64,000 bases of DNA, taken from a virus. Location of the stretch: positions 1 to 64,000 of the IMG/VR virus record IMGVR_UViG_3300032893_000031. One strand, given 5' to 3'. Made by a program: the position numbers and the translations under genes. Below are positions 1-8,991 of the stretch, in pieces (within the stretch, counting starts at the first letter, position 1; each line of letters begins with the position of its first letter). Below the pieces are notes generated by a model that was not told where the DNA came from, made no database searches, and saw nothing but the letters and a program-made list of their open reading frames with translations.

Positions 1-2
1 AG

Positions 3-653
3 GCGGGGATAATCTCCCTCGAAACCTCAGCCAAGAAAGCCGTTCACCGGATGCTTTCCTCCATCGGCCAATACGACGGGAGTGAGCTGCTTCGCGGGCG
101 AGTGATGCAAGGCACCGAAGAAAAATGCGTGATGGCTACAACCACTCTGCGCAGTGTCGGCGCCAACATCCTGCTCAAAGACACCTGCGGCATGAGCGAG
201 CCAAAGATGCTTTCGATTGCCGGGGAGATGGCGCGCGCCGGCGCCAAGCTGATTGTTGTGGACTACCTCCAGCTTTTGGAGACGCCGGGGCGCACCGAGT
301 ACGAGCGAGTGACCCAGGCATCGAAGTCCATCAAGAAAGTCGCCAAGATGTTCAACGTGCCGGTGATCGTTGTGGCATCCCTGAACCGTGAGAGCGACCG
401 GGACAATCGGCCGCCGAAGCTGAGCGACCTGCGGGCGTCCGGGCAAATCGAGTACGACGCGGACAAGGTGTGGCTGCTTCATCCCGAGGATTACAGCCCA
501 GTGCGAACCGTGCGCCTGGAAGTCGCCAAGAACAAAGAGGGCGCAATCGGGCCGGTGACGCTTACGTTCTTTGCCAGCCAATTCCGATTTGAAAGCTGCG
601 CCCGAGTGGCGCATGAAGAACGAGAAACCAAAGGCCCGCACAACGACCCATGA
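3..653 (+). CDS. dnaB: Replicative DNA helicase, DnaB-like C-terminal RecA-type ATPase domain (5' end lies outside the window)
   Basis: The frame is open from the window edge. Motifs seen: IISLETS (like the DnaB SLEMS motif), LIVVDYLQLL (Walker B-like) and VIVVASLNRESDRDNRPPKLSDLRASGQIEYDADKV (typical DnaB C-terminal region). Confidence 0.8.
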   Translation, partial: AGIISLETSAKKAVHRMLSSIGQYDGSELLRGRVMQGTEEKCVMATTTLRSVGANILLKDTCGMSEPKMLSIAGEMARAGAKLIVVDYLQLLETPGRTEYERVTQASKSIKKVAKMFNVPVIVVASLNRESDRDNRPPKLSDLRASGQIEYDADKVWLLHPEDYSPVRTVRLEVAKNKEGAIGPVTLTFFASQFRFESCARVAHEERETKGPHNDP

Positions 654-856
654 CCGAAGCCACCATCGAATCCGCCTTCACCCGCGTTGCCCAACTCGTG
701 CCCGAGCCAGGCCAGACGCGCACGCTCCTGCTCAAGAGCCTGCTCGCCGGTTGCGTGCTGGTGGTGCGCGACGTGGAGCACGGCGGGAGCAAGGCCATGA
801 CGTTTTCGCCGGGGTGCGCGGTGAGGCGGGTCAATGAGAAGATGGGTTTGAAATGA
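650..856 (+). CDS. Small hypothetical protein
   Basis: 68-aa ORF with ATGA overlaps to both neighbours. No recognisable motif. Confidence 0.5.
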   Translation: MTEATIESAFTRVAQLVPEPGQTRTLLLKSLLAGCVLVVRDVEHGGSKAMTFSPGCAVRRVNEKMGLK

Positions 857-1890
857 ACGCCGAGACGCTGAAATCGCCTTTCCCTTACTTTGGGGGCAAG
901 TCCAAGATCGCCCCGTTGGTTTGGGAGCGATTTGGCCGGGTCGAGAACTACGTAGAGCCGTTCTTTGGTTCGGGCGCAGTCCTCTTGGCGCGGCCTGATG
1001 ATCCCACGACCGAAACCGTTAACGACAAGGACGGTCTGCTCTCGAATTTCTGGAGGGCAGTCAAATCCAACCCAGAGGCCGTCGCGCACCACGCCGATTG
1101 GCCGGTGAACGAGAACGACCTGCACGCCCGCCACGCATGGCTGGTTGGGGTGAAGGATTCACTACAGGCTCGGCTTGAGGGCGACCCGGAATACTCTGAC
1201 GCGAAAATCGCCGGCTGGTGGGTGTGGGGCATGTCTGCTTGGATCGGCTCTGGGTTCTGTTCGGGCAACGGCCCCTGGCGGATAGCGGACGTTGACGGCG
1301 TTCGGCAGCTTGTTCATCTCGGCACCGACGGTCAGGGAGTGAATCGGAAGCTTGTTCATCTCGGGGATGAGGGTCGGGGAGTGAATCGGAAGCGTGATGG
1401 CATCGAGCGCAAACGGCCTGTGATTGCTGGAGCGGCCGGCGGTTCGGTGCTGCCCGTCAACGGCGCTCTGTTTGATTTCTTCGGCCAACTTTCCGAGAGG
1501 CTTCGCAATGTCCGTGTCTGCTGCGGCGACTGGTCGAGGGTGTGTGGACCATCCGTAACTTGCAAGCACGGCATGACGGCGGTGTTCCTTGACCCGCCGT
1601 ATTCCTCGGAGTCCGGCCGCGACGGCAGACTCTACCGCGAGGACTGCATGAAGGTTGCTCACGCTGTCAGGCAATGGGCGATTGCGAACGGAGACAACCC
1701 GCTGATGCGAATTGCGCTGTGCGGTTACGAAGGCGAGCACACGCTGCCCGACACCTGGGATTGCATGGCCTGGAATGCCGGAGAGGGATTTGGCGGGCAA
1801 GCCGTCGAGCGCAGCGGCAACGGCAAGCGCGAGCGGATTTGGTTCAGCCCCGCGTGCGCCCAACCACAACCCGAACTCGCCCTCACATGA
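853..1890 (+). CDS. DNA N6-adenine methyltransferase, D12/Dam-like class
   Basis: Motifs PFPYFGGKSK, EPFFGSGAV (FxGxG SAM site) and FLDPPY (catalytic DPPY) occur in D12-class order. Contains an in-frame 2 x 42-bp tandem duplication at 1307-1390. Confidence 0.8.
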   Translation: MNAETLKSPFPYFGGKSKIAPLVWERFGRVENYVEPFFGSGAVLLARPDDPTTETVNDKDGLLSNFWRAVKSNPEAVAHHADWPVNENDLHARHAWLVGVKDSLQARLEGDPEYSDAKIAGWWVWGMSAWIGSGFCSGNGPWRIADVDGVRQLVHLGTDGQGVNRKLVHLGDEGRGVNRKRDGIERKRPVIAGAAGGSVLPVNGALFDFFGQLSERLRNVRVCCGDWSRVCGPSVTCKHGMTAVFLDPPYSSESGRDGRLYREDCMKVAHAVRQWAIANGDNPLMRIALCGYEGEHTLPDTWDCMAWNAGEGFGGQAVERSGNGKRERIWFSPACAQPQPELALT

Positions 1891-3014
1891 CCCACCCGAC
1901 CAGCGCGGTGGAGAGGACACACCTCGACCTGTTCACAGGGCTGGCCGGTTTCTCTCTGGCGGCCGCAGCCAACAGTGTCCGCACCATCGCCCAGGTTGAG
2001 AAAGAGGAATTTCTTTTGGACGGCCTAAAACGAGCGTGGCCTGACGCACAACACTATGACGACATCAAACAATTCGACGGCAGACCTTTTCTTGGGGTCT
2101 GGCTCTGCACATTCGGAACACCTTGCCAGCCGGCCAGTCGAGCCGGGGAGCAGCGAGGCGCGAGCGATGACCGCTGGCTCTGGGACCAAGCTTGCCGCAT
2201 TGTTGCGGAGTCGCAGCCCGCTTGGTTCATTGGTGAAAATCCTCCTGGGATTCTCGACGTGGGGCTCGACGGAATCCTTGCTGAGTTGGAGGGGCTCGGC
2301 TACGAGGTCCAACCGGTCTCTATACCGGCTTGTGCCGTTGATTCGCCACAAGACCGGGAGAGAATTTGGATTATCGGGCATCGCAATGGCGAACTGGGCA
2401 ACGTGCCGAAGTTGGGATTGGAAAGGCCAGACGCAGCGGGTTTGGTACGTAGACGACTCGTTGCCCAACCAACTCAAGGCGAGTTTGTGGGGCACGCCGC
2501 AACGTTCCAATGCGGAGACGGAAGGACGCCGAGACCCGAAGCGCAAGGGCGAGAGACAAATCCTCCTGCCAGGCCAACTGAAAGCCAGCCTGTGGCCGAC
2601 GGCGCAAGCTGCCCAAGCGTTGGGCGGACAGAGAAACCGGGGCGGCGACCGCAAAGGCGAACTGCTCCTGGGAGGGATGCTCAAATCGGCGTTGTGGCGG
2701 GCGCCGGGGAAAGAGGACACGGGCCGGGGACCGTCGCAAGTCGAGGACAGGATAGCGGGGGGCCACGCGATACACTTTGCAGACCAGCTTCACACGGTTG
2801 GTCTGACTACCAATGGCTGCTCTGCCCAGACGTCAAAGGAGGCTCCGTCGTTCGCCGCGCTCCAACTGGCCTTCACTCTTTGGCTGCAAGGGTACAGTCT
2901 GGAATACCTAAGCGATTTCGTTCAAAAATGATTGCAGCCTTGGGAAATTCCATCGTGTGGCCAGTGGCCTCGGAGATAATTCGAGCGATGATCCTTGCGG
3001 AAGATAGGCCATAG
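1887..3014 (+). CDS. DNA cytosine-5 methyltransferase; the central target-recognition part appears to be read in a different frame (frameshifted, recoded or split)
   Basis: ATG 1887 overlaps the upstream stop (ATGA). Frame 0 carries DLFTGLAGFS (motif I), GTPCQPAS (IV), GENPPG (VI), QDRERIWIIG (VIII) and the C-terminal ALGNSIVWPVA (X). The WPTP-type repeats (ANWATCRSWDWKG, LWGTPQ, LWPTAQ) lie in the +1 frame at 2386-2931. Confidence 0.7.
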   Translation: MTHPTSAVERTHLDLFTGLAGFSLAAAANSVRTIAQVEKEEFLLDGLKRAWPDAQHYDDIKQFDGRPFLGVWLCTFGTPCQPASRAGEQRGASDDRWLWDQACRIVAESQPAWFIGENPPGILDVGLDGILAELEGLGYEVQPVSIPACAVDSPQDRERIWIIGHRNGELGNVPKLGLERPDAAGLVRRRLVAQPTQGEFVGHAATFQCGDGRTPRPEAQGRETNPPARPTESQPVADGASCPSVGRTEKPGRRPQRRTAPGRDAQIGVVAGAGERGHGPGTVASRGQDSGGPRDTLCRPASHGWSDYQWLLCPDVKGGSVVRRAPTGLHSLAARVQSGIPKRFRSKMIAALGNSIVWPVASEIIRAMILAEDRP

Positions 3015-3029
3015 GCTTATGTTCTATTC

Positions 3030-3524
3030 ATGGGCAGAAAACTTATACCGGTTGACCTCAAGCCTTGCGCTTTTTGCGGCAAGATCATGGAAAGAAAACA
3101 GTTCGGAGACCGATGGGAAGATAGGGCCGTGTACGGCAGGAGAAAGTACTGCGGATTTCTCTGCATGGCTAAGGCGATGGTCAAAGAAAAGAAATCCCGC
3201 GGGCAATGGCAGAAGCTTGCCCGGCGGTTCAAAAAGACCGCTTGTGAAAACTGCGGCACGACCATTGACCTTGAGATTCACCACAAAAACCGTGTTTGGT
3301 CCGACAACTCACCAGCCAATCTCGTTACACTTTGCTCGACCTGCCACATGCGGATTCACCATCAGAACGGAGACATCCCTGTGCCCCCAACAAAAACCCA
3401 CTGCCTCCACGGACACCTTAAAACCGGAAGAACGAAGTCCGGTAGGCCCGTATGCCGAGTCTGCCAAAAGCGATGGGACTCCGAACGATCCCCCAAGTCG
3501 CCTCGGAAATCATCAAAGCCATGA
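3030..3524 (+). CDS. HNH endonuclease
   Basis: Motifs DLEIHHKNRVWSDNSPANLVTLCSTCHMRIH and an N-terminal CxxC zinc-finger-like pair. Confidence 0.8.
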   Translation: MGRKLIPVDLKPCAFCGKIMERKQFGDRWEDRAVYGRRKYCGFLCMAKAMVKEKKSRGQWQKLARRFKKTACENCGTTIDLEIHHKNRVWSDNSPANLVTLCSTCHMRIHHQNGDIPVPPTKTHCLHGHLKTGRTKSGRPVCRVCQKRWDSERSPKSPRKSSKP

Positions 3525-3550
3525 TTCAAGCGGAGGAACAATAATGATTT

Positions 3551-3634
3551 CCCCACCCCAACCCTCGCCCCAGGGACGCCGCGAGAACTGTGTCCTGCGG
3601 GGCCAGCCATCGGCGAGGCGAGGGGGTGGGGTGG
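3551..3634. repeat. Long imperfect palindrome (C-rich arm / G-rich arm) in a 227-bp intergenic gap
   Basis: CCCCACCCCAACCCTCGCC (3551-3569) pairs with GGCGAGGGGGTGGGGTGG (3617-3634), giving about 16 bp with one bulge. There are inner GGAC/GTCC and CCGC/GCGG stems. Confidence 0.6.
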
Positions 3635-3751
3635 ATAATGGTAGAACATGCGTGGGATTAGCCGTGCTACAAACTGAAAAAATAATGCTTTTGCTATTGC
3701 GTTATGCGAATGCGCGTGCGATGCTCCACTCGCTTGAATGAAAAACCAATT

Positions 3752-4032
3752 ATGAAACAACCGAAACCAAATATTCCTTTGCTTGTGACCACCGCCCATC
3801 GCGGCGTGTTCTTCGGCTACGGCCAACGCTCGGACGCACCTACCATTGATCTTGAGAAGGCCCGCATGTGTATTTATTGGTCATCCGACTTGCGTGGGGT
3901 GCTCGGGCTGGCGACTGCTGGTCCGTCCGGCAACTGCAAGATTGGACCCGCCGTCGAGCACATCACGCTGCGCGACGTGACTTCCGTTGTTGAATGCACG
4001 CCCGAAGCCGCTGCAAATTGGGAGAAAGGAAT

Positions 4033-4042
<10 letters not shown>
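3752..4042 (+). CDS. Hypothetical protein that looks like a conserved phage protein
   Basis: ORF starting MKQPKPN after the intergenic gap. Well-mixed composition (LLVTTAHRGVFFGYG, IYWSSDLRGVLGLATAGP). No function recognised. Confidence 0.55.
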
Positions 4043-4712
<670 letters not shown>

Positions 4713-4713
<1 letters not shown>

Positions 4714-4853
4714 TGAAATCCAAAGAATCAGTTTTAATCGCCGAGGAAATGCGCCGAGTTGCGCTCTGCCGTAGCAAGGACAGTTACAAGCGGGGAGCGA
4801 AGAAGGCATGGCAGACCCGGCTGGCCAATCTCGCGAAACGGAGGGCCAAATGA
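4713..4853 (+). CDS. Small basic hypothetical protein
   Basis: 46-aa ORF (MKSKESVLIAEEMRR...). TGATG overlap upstream and ATGA overlap downstream. Confidence 0.4.
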
Positions 4854-5056
4854 CCACCGTCCAGGAAATCGCCTGCTCGTTCGCGTTCTGGCAGCCCGCG
4901 TGGGGTTCGTTTCCAGCGATGGACTTTTACAACCTGAAAGAGCCGATTCCAAGCCATCCAATGAACAGCACGGTATCGCGGCAGACGATTGAGAAAGCGG
5001 GATACGCCGTGCCCGAGGCTGAGGCCGCGAAGGCGCTGGAAGCGAGGAAGGCGTGA
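4850..5056 (+). CDS. Small hypothetical protein
   Basis: 68-aa ORF starting MTTVQEIA, with an ATGA overlap to the upstream ORF. Confidence 0.45.
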   Translation: MTTVQEIACSFAFWQPAWGSFPAMDFYNLKEPIPSHPMNSTVSRQTIEKAGYAVPEAEAAKALEARKA

Positions 5057-5059
5057 GAA

Positions 5060-5806
5060 TGATTTTGACGAGTGGCATCCCGGAAGGACGGGAAGCTTTG
5101 GATGCGGAACGGTACTCCAATCCCCAGGCCAGTAGCGCGAACAGATACGGGGTCAAGGCCAGCGTTAGCGCCCCCGGGCTGACGGGTGAGTTCAAGAACC
5201 GTTCCAGCCGGTATCAAACCCAGCCCGCTCGTCATTCCAAATTCCCACAAACCGCGCAAGGAGCGGATTGCGAACGTTGGCCCATGAACCAACGGTGGAT
5301 GGCTGGTAGCAATCCTAAACCTGCACCCAAAGGACTGGGTTGGCCGGGTTATGAGCCACTGATGAAAAACCCGGGACGGGCGGATAATGAGTGCCCCCGC
5401 AGCCCGATAGGGATACAGCCATCCACGATTTTACGCCAGCATAGTGTAAATGCATGCCAGGGGCTTGCCCCTGGAGGAGAGGGGGGAGATCCCTCGGCTG
5501 GCTTCAATACCCACAAAAAGCCGGGGCTGCTCAGCAACGGCGAAGTGCGGCAGGGACTAAGAGGGTTATCCGTACGCGGGGTTGATCGGTCCCGAACCAA
5601 CGATCCGTTTGGCGGCGCACAGGAAGCGAGTCCGGCGATTCGAGGCATTAGCGTCGAGTCAAAGCACCGGAACGCCTGCACCGAAGCACCGTATAAAACC
5701 GCCTGCGTTCCTGCCGAAGATAGCCGCCAAGTGAGCAGCCCAAATGATTTCGCGGCACCCACCGCAGCCGTGGCCGAGTCCGCCCGCATCGGCCACGGCG
5801 ATTTTT
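5060..5806 (+). ncRNA. Candidate large structured RNA of about 750 nt (family unknown). The alternative reading is a 251-codon GTG-initiated ORF at 5053-5808.
   Basis: Nested long-range helices are present, for example 5295-5305/5416-5426 (11 bp) and 5066-5072/5228-5234, together with many local GC hairpins. The region ends in an intrinsic terminator. The ORF product is poor in hydrophobic residues and uses several rare-looking codons. Confidence 0.45.
5767..5806 (+). terminator. Rho-independent terminator
   Basis: GCCGTGGCCGA (5767-5777) pairs perfectly with TCGGCCACGGC (5789-5799) around an 11-nt loop, followed by GATTTTT. Confidence 0.7.
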
Positions 5807-5814
5807 AACCGAAT

Positions 5815-7218
5815 ATGAAAGCAACCTATCTCAAAATCAAAAACATCGGCCTGATAGCCGACGTTACCATCCAACTCGACAAGCCGCTGATTCTGTTCTA
5901 CGGCGAAATCCGCCAGGGCAAGACCACCATCCTCAAGGCCGTGCGCTGGGCGTTCGGCGGCAGCTTCCCGCAGGACATTATCCGTCACGGCGAGAAAGAG
6001 GCGTTCGTGGAGCTTGGATTCTCTGGCGGGCTCGTGCGCCGGGAGTGGTATCGCGCCAAGAATGGCGACACCAAGGCGCGAGACATTGACTTTGTGATCG
6101 GTGGCCGCCCGGCGAAAGAGCCGGTGACGGAATTGAAGAAATTCCTGAACCCGTTCTTGCTGGACCAGGACCACCTGCTTCGCATGGGCGAAACCGACCG
6201 CAAGAAATTCTTCACCGACCTTTTCGCGGTTGACACTACCGCGCTGGACACCGAGGCGTATAATCTCGACCGCGAGGCCAGCACGCTCCGGGTGGAGATC
6301 AAAGCCTACGGTGCGATTGATACCACGCCGGTTCAGAAGCCAGACGCGATGGCGCTCAAGGACAAGCTCAAAGCCATCAAGGACGGGCACGCCGAAAAGG
6401 TTAAAGGCTGGCGGCATGAGATCGAGAAGCTGAATACTGCCCACCGGGAAAAGGCGGGGCAGGCCAACAAGGATAATGAGGCTATCGCTGGCCACAATGC
6501 GACAGTCACCTCCAAACAGAACAAGCTTGGGGACACCGAATCATTCATCCTCAGCCTCAAGGCGCAACTGAAAGACGCCGAGGCTTCCCGTGATGCCTTG
6601 AAAAAGTGGCTTGCCGAAAACCCAAAGAAAGAATCAGCGGCAATCCCGCCCGCGCCAGACACTTCCGAATTGCAGGCGAAGATTGATGCCCAACCCGACA
6701 CGGCGGACCTTGAGCGCCAGATTTCCGACGCCGGGGCCGCGCAAGTGCGATACGAGCAATATGAAGCCAACCTGAACCGCGCGAAGGAAAAGCAAGCCAA
6801 GGAAACCGCGCTCTCCGAGAAGGAGACTCGCCTGCGGGCCATCAAGGTTGAGAAGGCATCAAAACTCAAGACCGTTACCGACACCTGCGGGATTCCTGGG
6901 CTGGCATTCGATGACACCGGGGCCATCGTTTACGAGGGCACAACGGCCGGCATGTTGTCCACGTCGCAAATCATGCGGCTTTCGAGTCAGCTTTCGGCGA
7001 TGTATCCCGAGGGTTTCGGGTTGGAATTGCTGGATCGCGGCGAATCCCTCGGCAAGTCCATCTTCCTCTTTGTCGAACAGGCCAAACGCGAGGAAAAGAC
7101 CATCCTGGCAACCATCGTTGGCGAGAAGCCCGCAGCGGTGCCGGAAAACATTGGGGTGTTTGTGGTCGAACAAGGAGCGGTCAAAGCCGCCCCCGCCACC
7201 GAAGGGGGTGCGAAGTGA
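5815..7218 (+). CDS. SMC/RecF/SbcC-like AAA ATPase with a central coiled coil (recombination module)
   Basis: N-terminal LKIKNIGLI...FYGEIRQGKTTIL (Walker A). Long K/E/A-rich coiled-coil middle. C-terminal LSTSQIMRLS (signature-like) and LELLDRGESL (Walker B/D-loop-like). Confidence 0.7.
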   Translation: MKATYLKIKNIGLIADVTIQLDKPLILFYGEIRQGKTTILKAVRWAFGGSFPQDIIRHGEKEAFVELGFSGGLVRREWYRAKNGDTKARDIDFVIGGRPAKEPVTELKKFLNPFLLDQDHLLRMGETDRKKFFTDLFAVDTTALDTEAYNLDREASTLRVEIKAYGAIDTTPVQKPDAMALKDKLKAIKDGHAEKVKGWRHEIEKLNTAHREKAGQANKDNEAIAGHNATVTSKQNKLGDTESFILSLKAQLKDAEASRDALKKWLAENPKKESAAIPPAPDTSELQAKIDAQPDTADLERQISDAGAAQVRYEQYEANLNRAKEKQAKETALSEKETRLRAIKVEKASKLKTVTDTCGIPGLAFDDTGAIVYEGTTAGMLSTSQIMRLSSQLSAMYPEGFGLELLDRGESLGKSIFLFVEQAKREEKTILATIVGEKPAAVPENIGVFVVEQGAVKAAPATEGGAK

Positions 7219-7997
7219 GCGAACAATCGTTGGAAGTGAGCCGTGCGCCCGAGTTGCCGGTTGCCAGGCCCGAACCGTCCCCCGGCGAGATGCTGCAAGC
7301 CGTGCTCTCAAAGGGCATCACTGGCGCCGATGTTGTGGCCGTCGAAAAGCTTGTCGGCCTTTACGAACGGATGGAGGAAAAGAAGGCAGAGAAAAGCTAC
7401 GCCGCTGCCTTGGCCGCGCTCCAAAACGAGTGCCAGAACGTTATTGCCACCAAAGAGGTTGACGGCAAATTCCGTTACGCGCCATTTCTGGACATTTGGA
7501 ACGCCGTCCGTCCCGCCGTCGCCCACAACCACTTCACCCTGCAATGGAGCCAGGAACACTTGGGGGACAAAATCCGGGTGACGCTCACATTGCAACACCT
7601 TAGCGGACACAAGCGGGATTTCTACTACGCCATGCGGTTGGGGTCCAATGCTCCCGGCACGCCCGCTGGCGCCCAGGCCCCGACGCTCGACTCCATTTCT
7701 GAGTCTAGGGCCAAGCGACGGCTGCTTATGGACGTGCTAAATATCGTCGTGGATGCGGTGACACCCGCCGAGGACGCGGGCGATGGCACGCTAGCCACCG
7801 AGGCGGAAACCGACGAGTTATTCAAGCGGCTGGTGGTGCTCGAACCCGAGGACCAGAAGCGGCACGAAAGCGAGCGGCGGTTTCTCGCGCTGGCCGGCGT
7901 CACAGCTTGGAAGGACATTCCCAAAATCGTCCTGCCGATTCTGCAACGGCTGATGGCTGAAAAGGAACGCGCGGCGGCAAGGAAGTCCAAAGCATGA
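7215..7997 (+). CDS. Single-strand annealing protein, ERF/RAD52-superfamily-like
   Basis: GTGA overlap upstream. AALAALQNECQNVIATKEVDGKFRYAPFLDIWNAVRPAV resembles the ERF N-terminal core. Lies between the ATPase and the exonuclease. Confidence 0.6.
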   Translation: MSEQSLEVSRAPELPVARPEPSPGEMLQAVLSKGITGADVVAVEKLVGLYERMEEKKAEKSYAAALAALQNECQNVIATKEVDGKFRYAPFLDIWNAVRPAVAHNHFTLQWSQEHLGDKIRVTLTLQHLSGHKRDFYYAMRLGSNAPGTPAGAQAPTLDSISESRAKRRLLMDVLNIVVDAVTPAEDAGDGTLATEAETDELFKRLVVLEPEDQKRHESERRFLALAGVTAWKDIPKIVLPILQRLMAEKERAAARKSKA

Positions 7998-8731
7998 AGA
8001 TTCACCGGGAATTTCAGCAAAAGAGCTGGGCGTGGCTACAGGCTCGCGCCGGCAAGGTGACTGGCAGCGAAATGGGCAATTTGATTACCGACAAGCTGGC
8101 CATTCGTTCTTGGAAAACCCAAATGCCCCAAACTTATCTTCACCGCAAGCTCGCGGAGAAGTGGCGTGGCGAGCCCCTGCAATCCTTTCGAGGCAACCAA
8201 CAGACCGACCAGGGGGTTATTTGGGAACAGAGCGCCCGCCGATTCTTTTCGTCCCTGCTCGAATCCGACATTGAGGAATTGGCCGGCATCGAAAGTGACG
8301 ACGGTCATTTGTGGTGCTCCCCGGACGGCCTTATCTCAGGGAACACCGGCCTGGAAATCAAAGCTGGGAACGCCGATACCCAAGTGGGTTGGCTTCTGGC
8401 TGGCGGCATACCCGAGGAACACGTACTGCAGGTGCAATTTGGATTGTGGGTTAGCGGCTTTTCGCAATGGTGGTTTCTGGCGTGGTGCCAGGACTTGCCG
8501 CATATCGCAATCCCCGTCGAGCGCGATGATGCCATTGTTACCGTTATGGAGGAAGCGGTTGCGGAGTTCAATACGCGGCTGGACGAAGCCTGGAATCGCC
8601 TTGTTGAATTGAACGGGGGTCCGCCCCCGCCCAGGCGCCAACCGATTGCTGACTCCGGCCTAACCCGCGACACCGACCCGCACTCGCGGATGGTGTTCAA
8701 GGATGAACCGTATCCCGAGATCGTGCCATGA
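7994..8731 (+). CDS. YqaJ-like viral recombinase exonuclease (PD-(D/E)XK)
   Basis: Motifs WLQARAGKVTGSEMGNL, CSPDGLISGNTGLEIK and EHVLQVQFGLWVSG match the YqaJ/lambda-Exo-type pattern. Confidence 0.75.
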   Translation: MKIHREFQQKSWAWLQARAGKVTGSEMGNLITDKLAIRSWKTQMPQTYLHRKLAEKWRGEPLQSFRGNQQTDQGVIWEQSARRFFSSLLESDIEELAGIESDDGHLWCSPDGLISGNTGLEIKAGNADTQVGWLLAGGIPEEHVLQVQFGLWVSGFSQWWFLAWCQDLPHIAIPVERDDAIVTVMEEAVAEFNTRLDEAWNRLVELNGGPPPPRRQPIADSGLTRDTDPHSRMVFKDEPYPEIVP

Positions 8732-8991
8732 CTGCTAAAGCCCTCGAAAAGATTCGCAAGTCTGGCGGTTGCGTCGTTTGGCTGAGCGGCCGTCACATGC
8801 CCGCCGCGTTCCTGTGCTCCATGCAATACTGGCGCGTAGCCGAGATGCTGCCGCATTTGAAGCCCTACAAACCGAAGCGCAACATTTTCCCCGCCGGAGG
8901 TCCGGTGAAATGCAGCAAAACGAAGTCAACCGGCGGCTGCACGCGCGGGGAGATAGATAACCAAACAACAAAACCGTATGCCGACATTTGA
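8728..8991 (+). CDS. Hypothetical protein
   Basis: 87-aa ORF with an ATGA overlap upstream. Confidence 0.45.
   Translation: MTAKALEKIRKSGGCVVWLSGRHMPAAFLCSMQYWRVAEMLPHLKPYKPKRNIFPAGGPVKCSKTKSTGGCTRGEIDNQTTKPYADI

Noticed and set aside
1674-1886. Upstream extension of the C5-methyltransferase ORF to ATG 1674
   Set aside because: It lies entirely inside the Dam-like gene in another frame. ATG 1887 forms the ATGA junction and immediately precedes motif I.
5053-5808. 251-codon + strand ORF taken at face value as a protein gene
   Set aside because: It is not fully excluded. However, the product is almost devoid of hydrophobic core residues, it starts at GTG inside the upstream stop region, and it uses several rare-looking codons. 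The DNA also folds into nested long-range helices ending in a terminator that lies inside the ORF 3' end. I therefore treat it as a candidate RNA and flag the ORF as the alternative.
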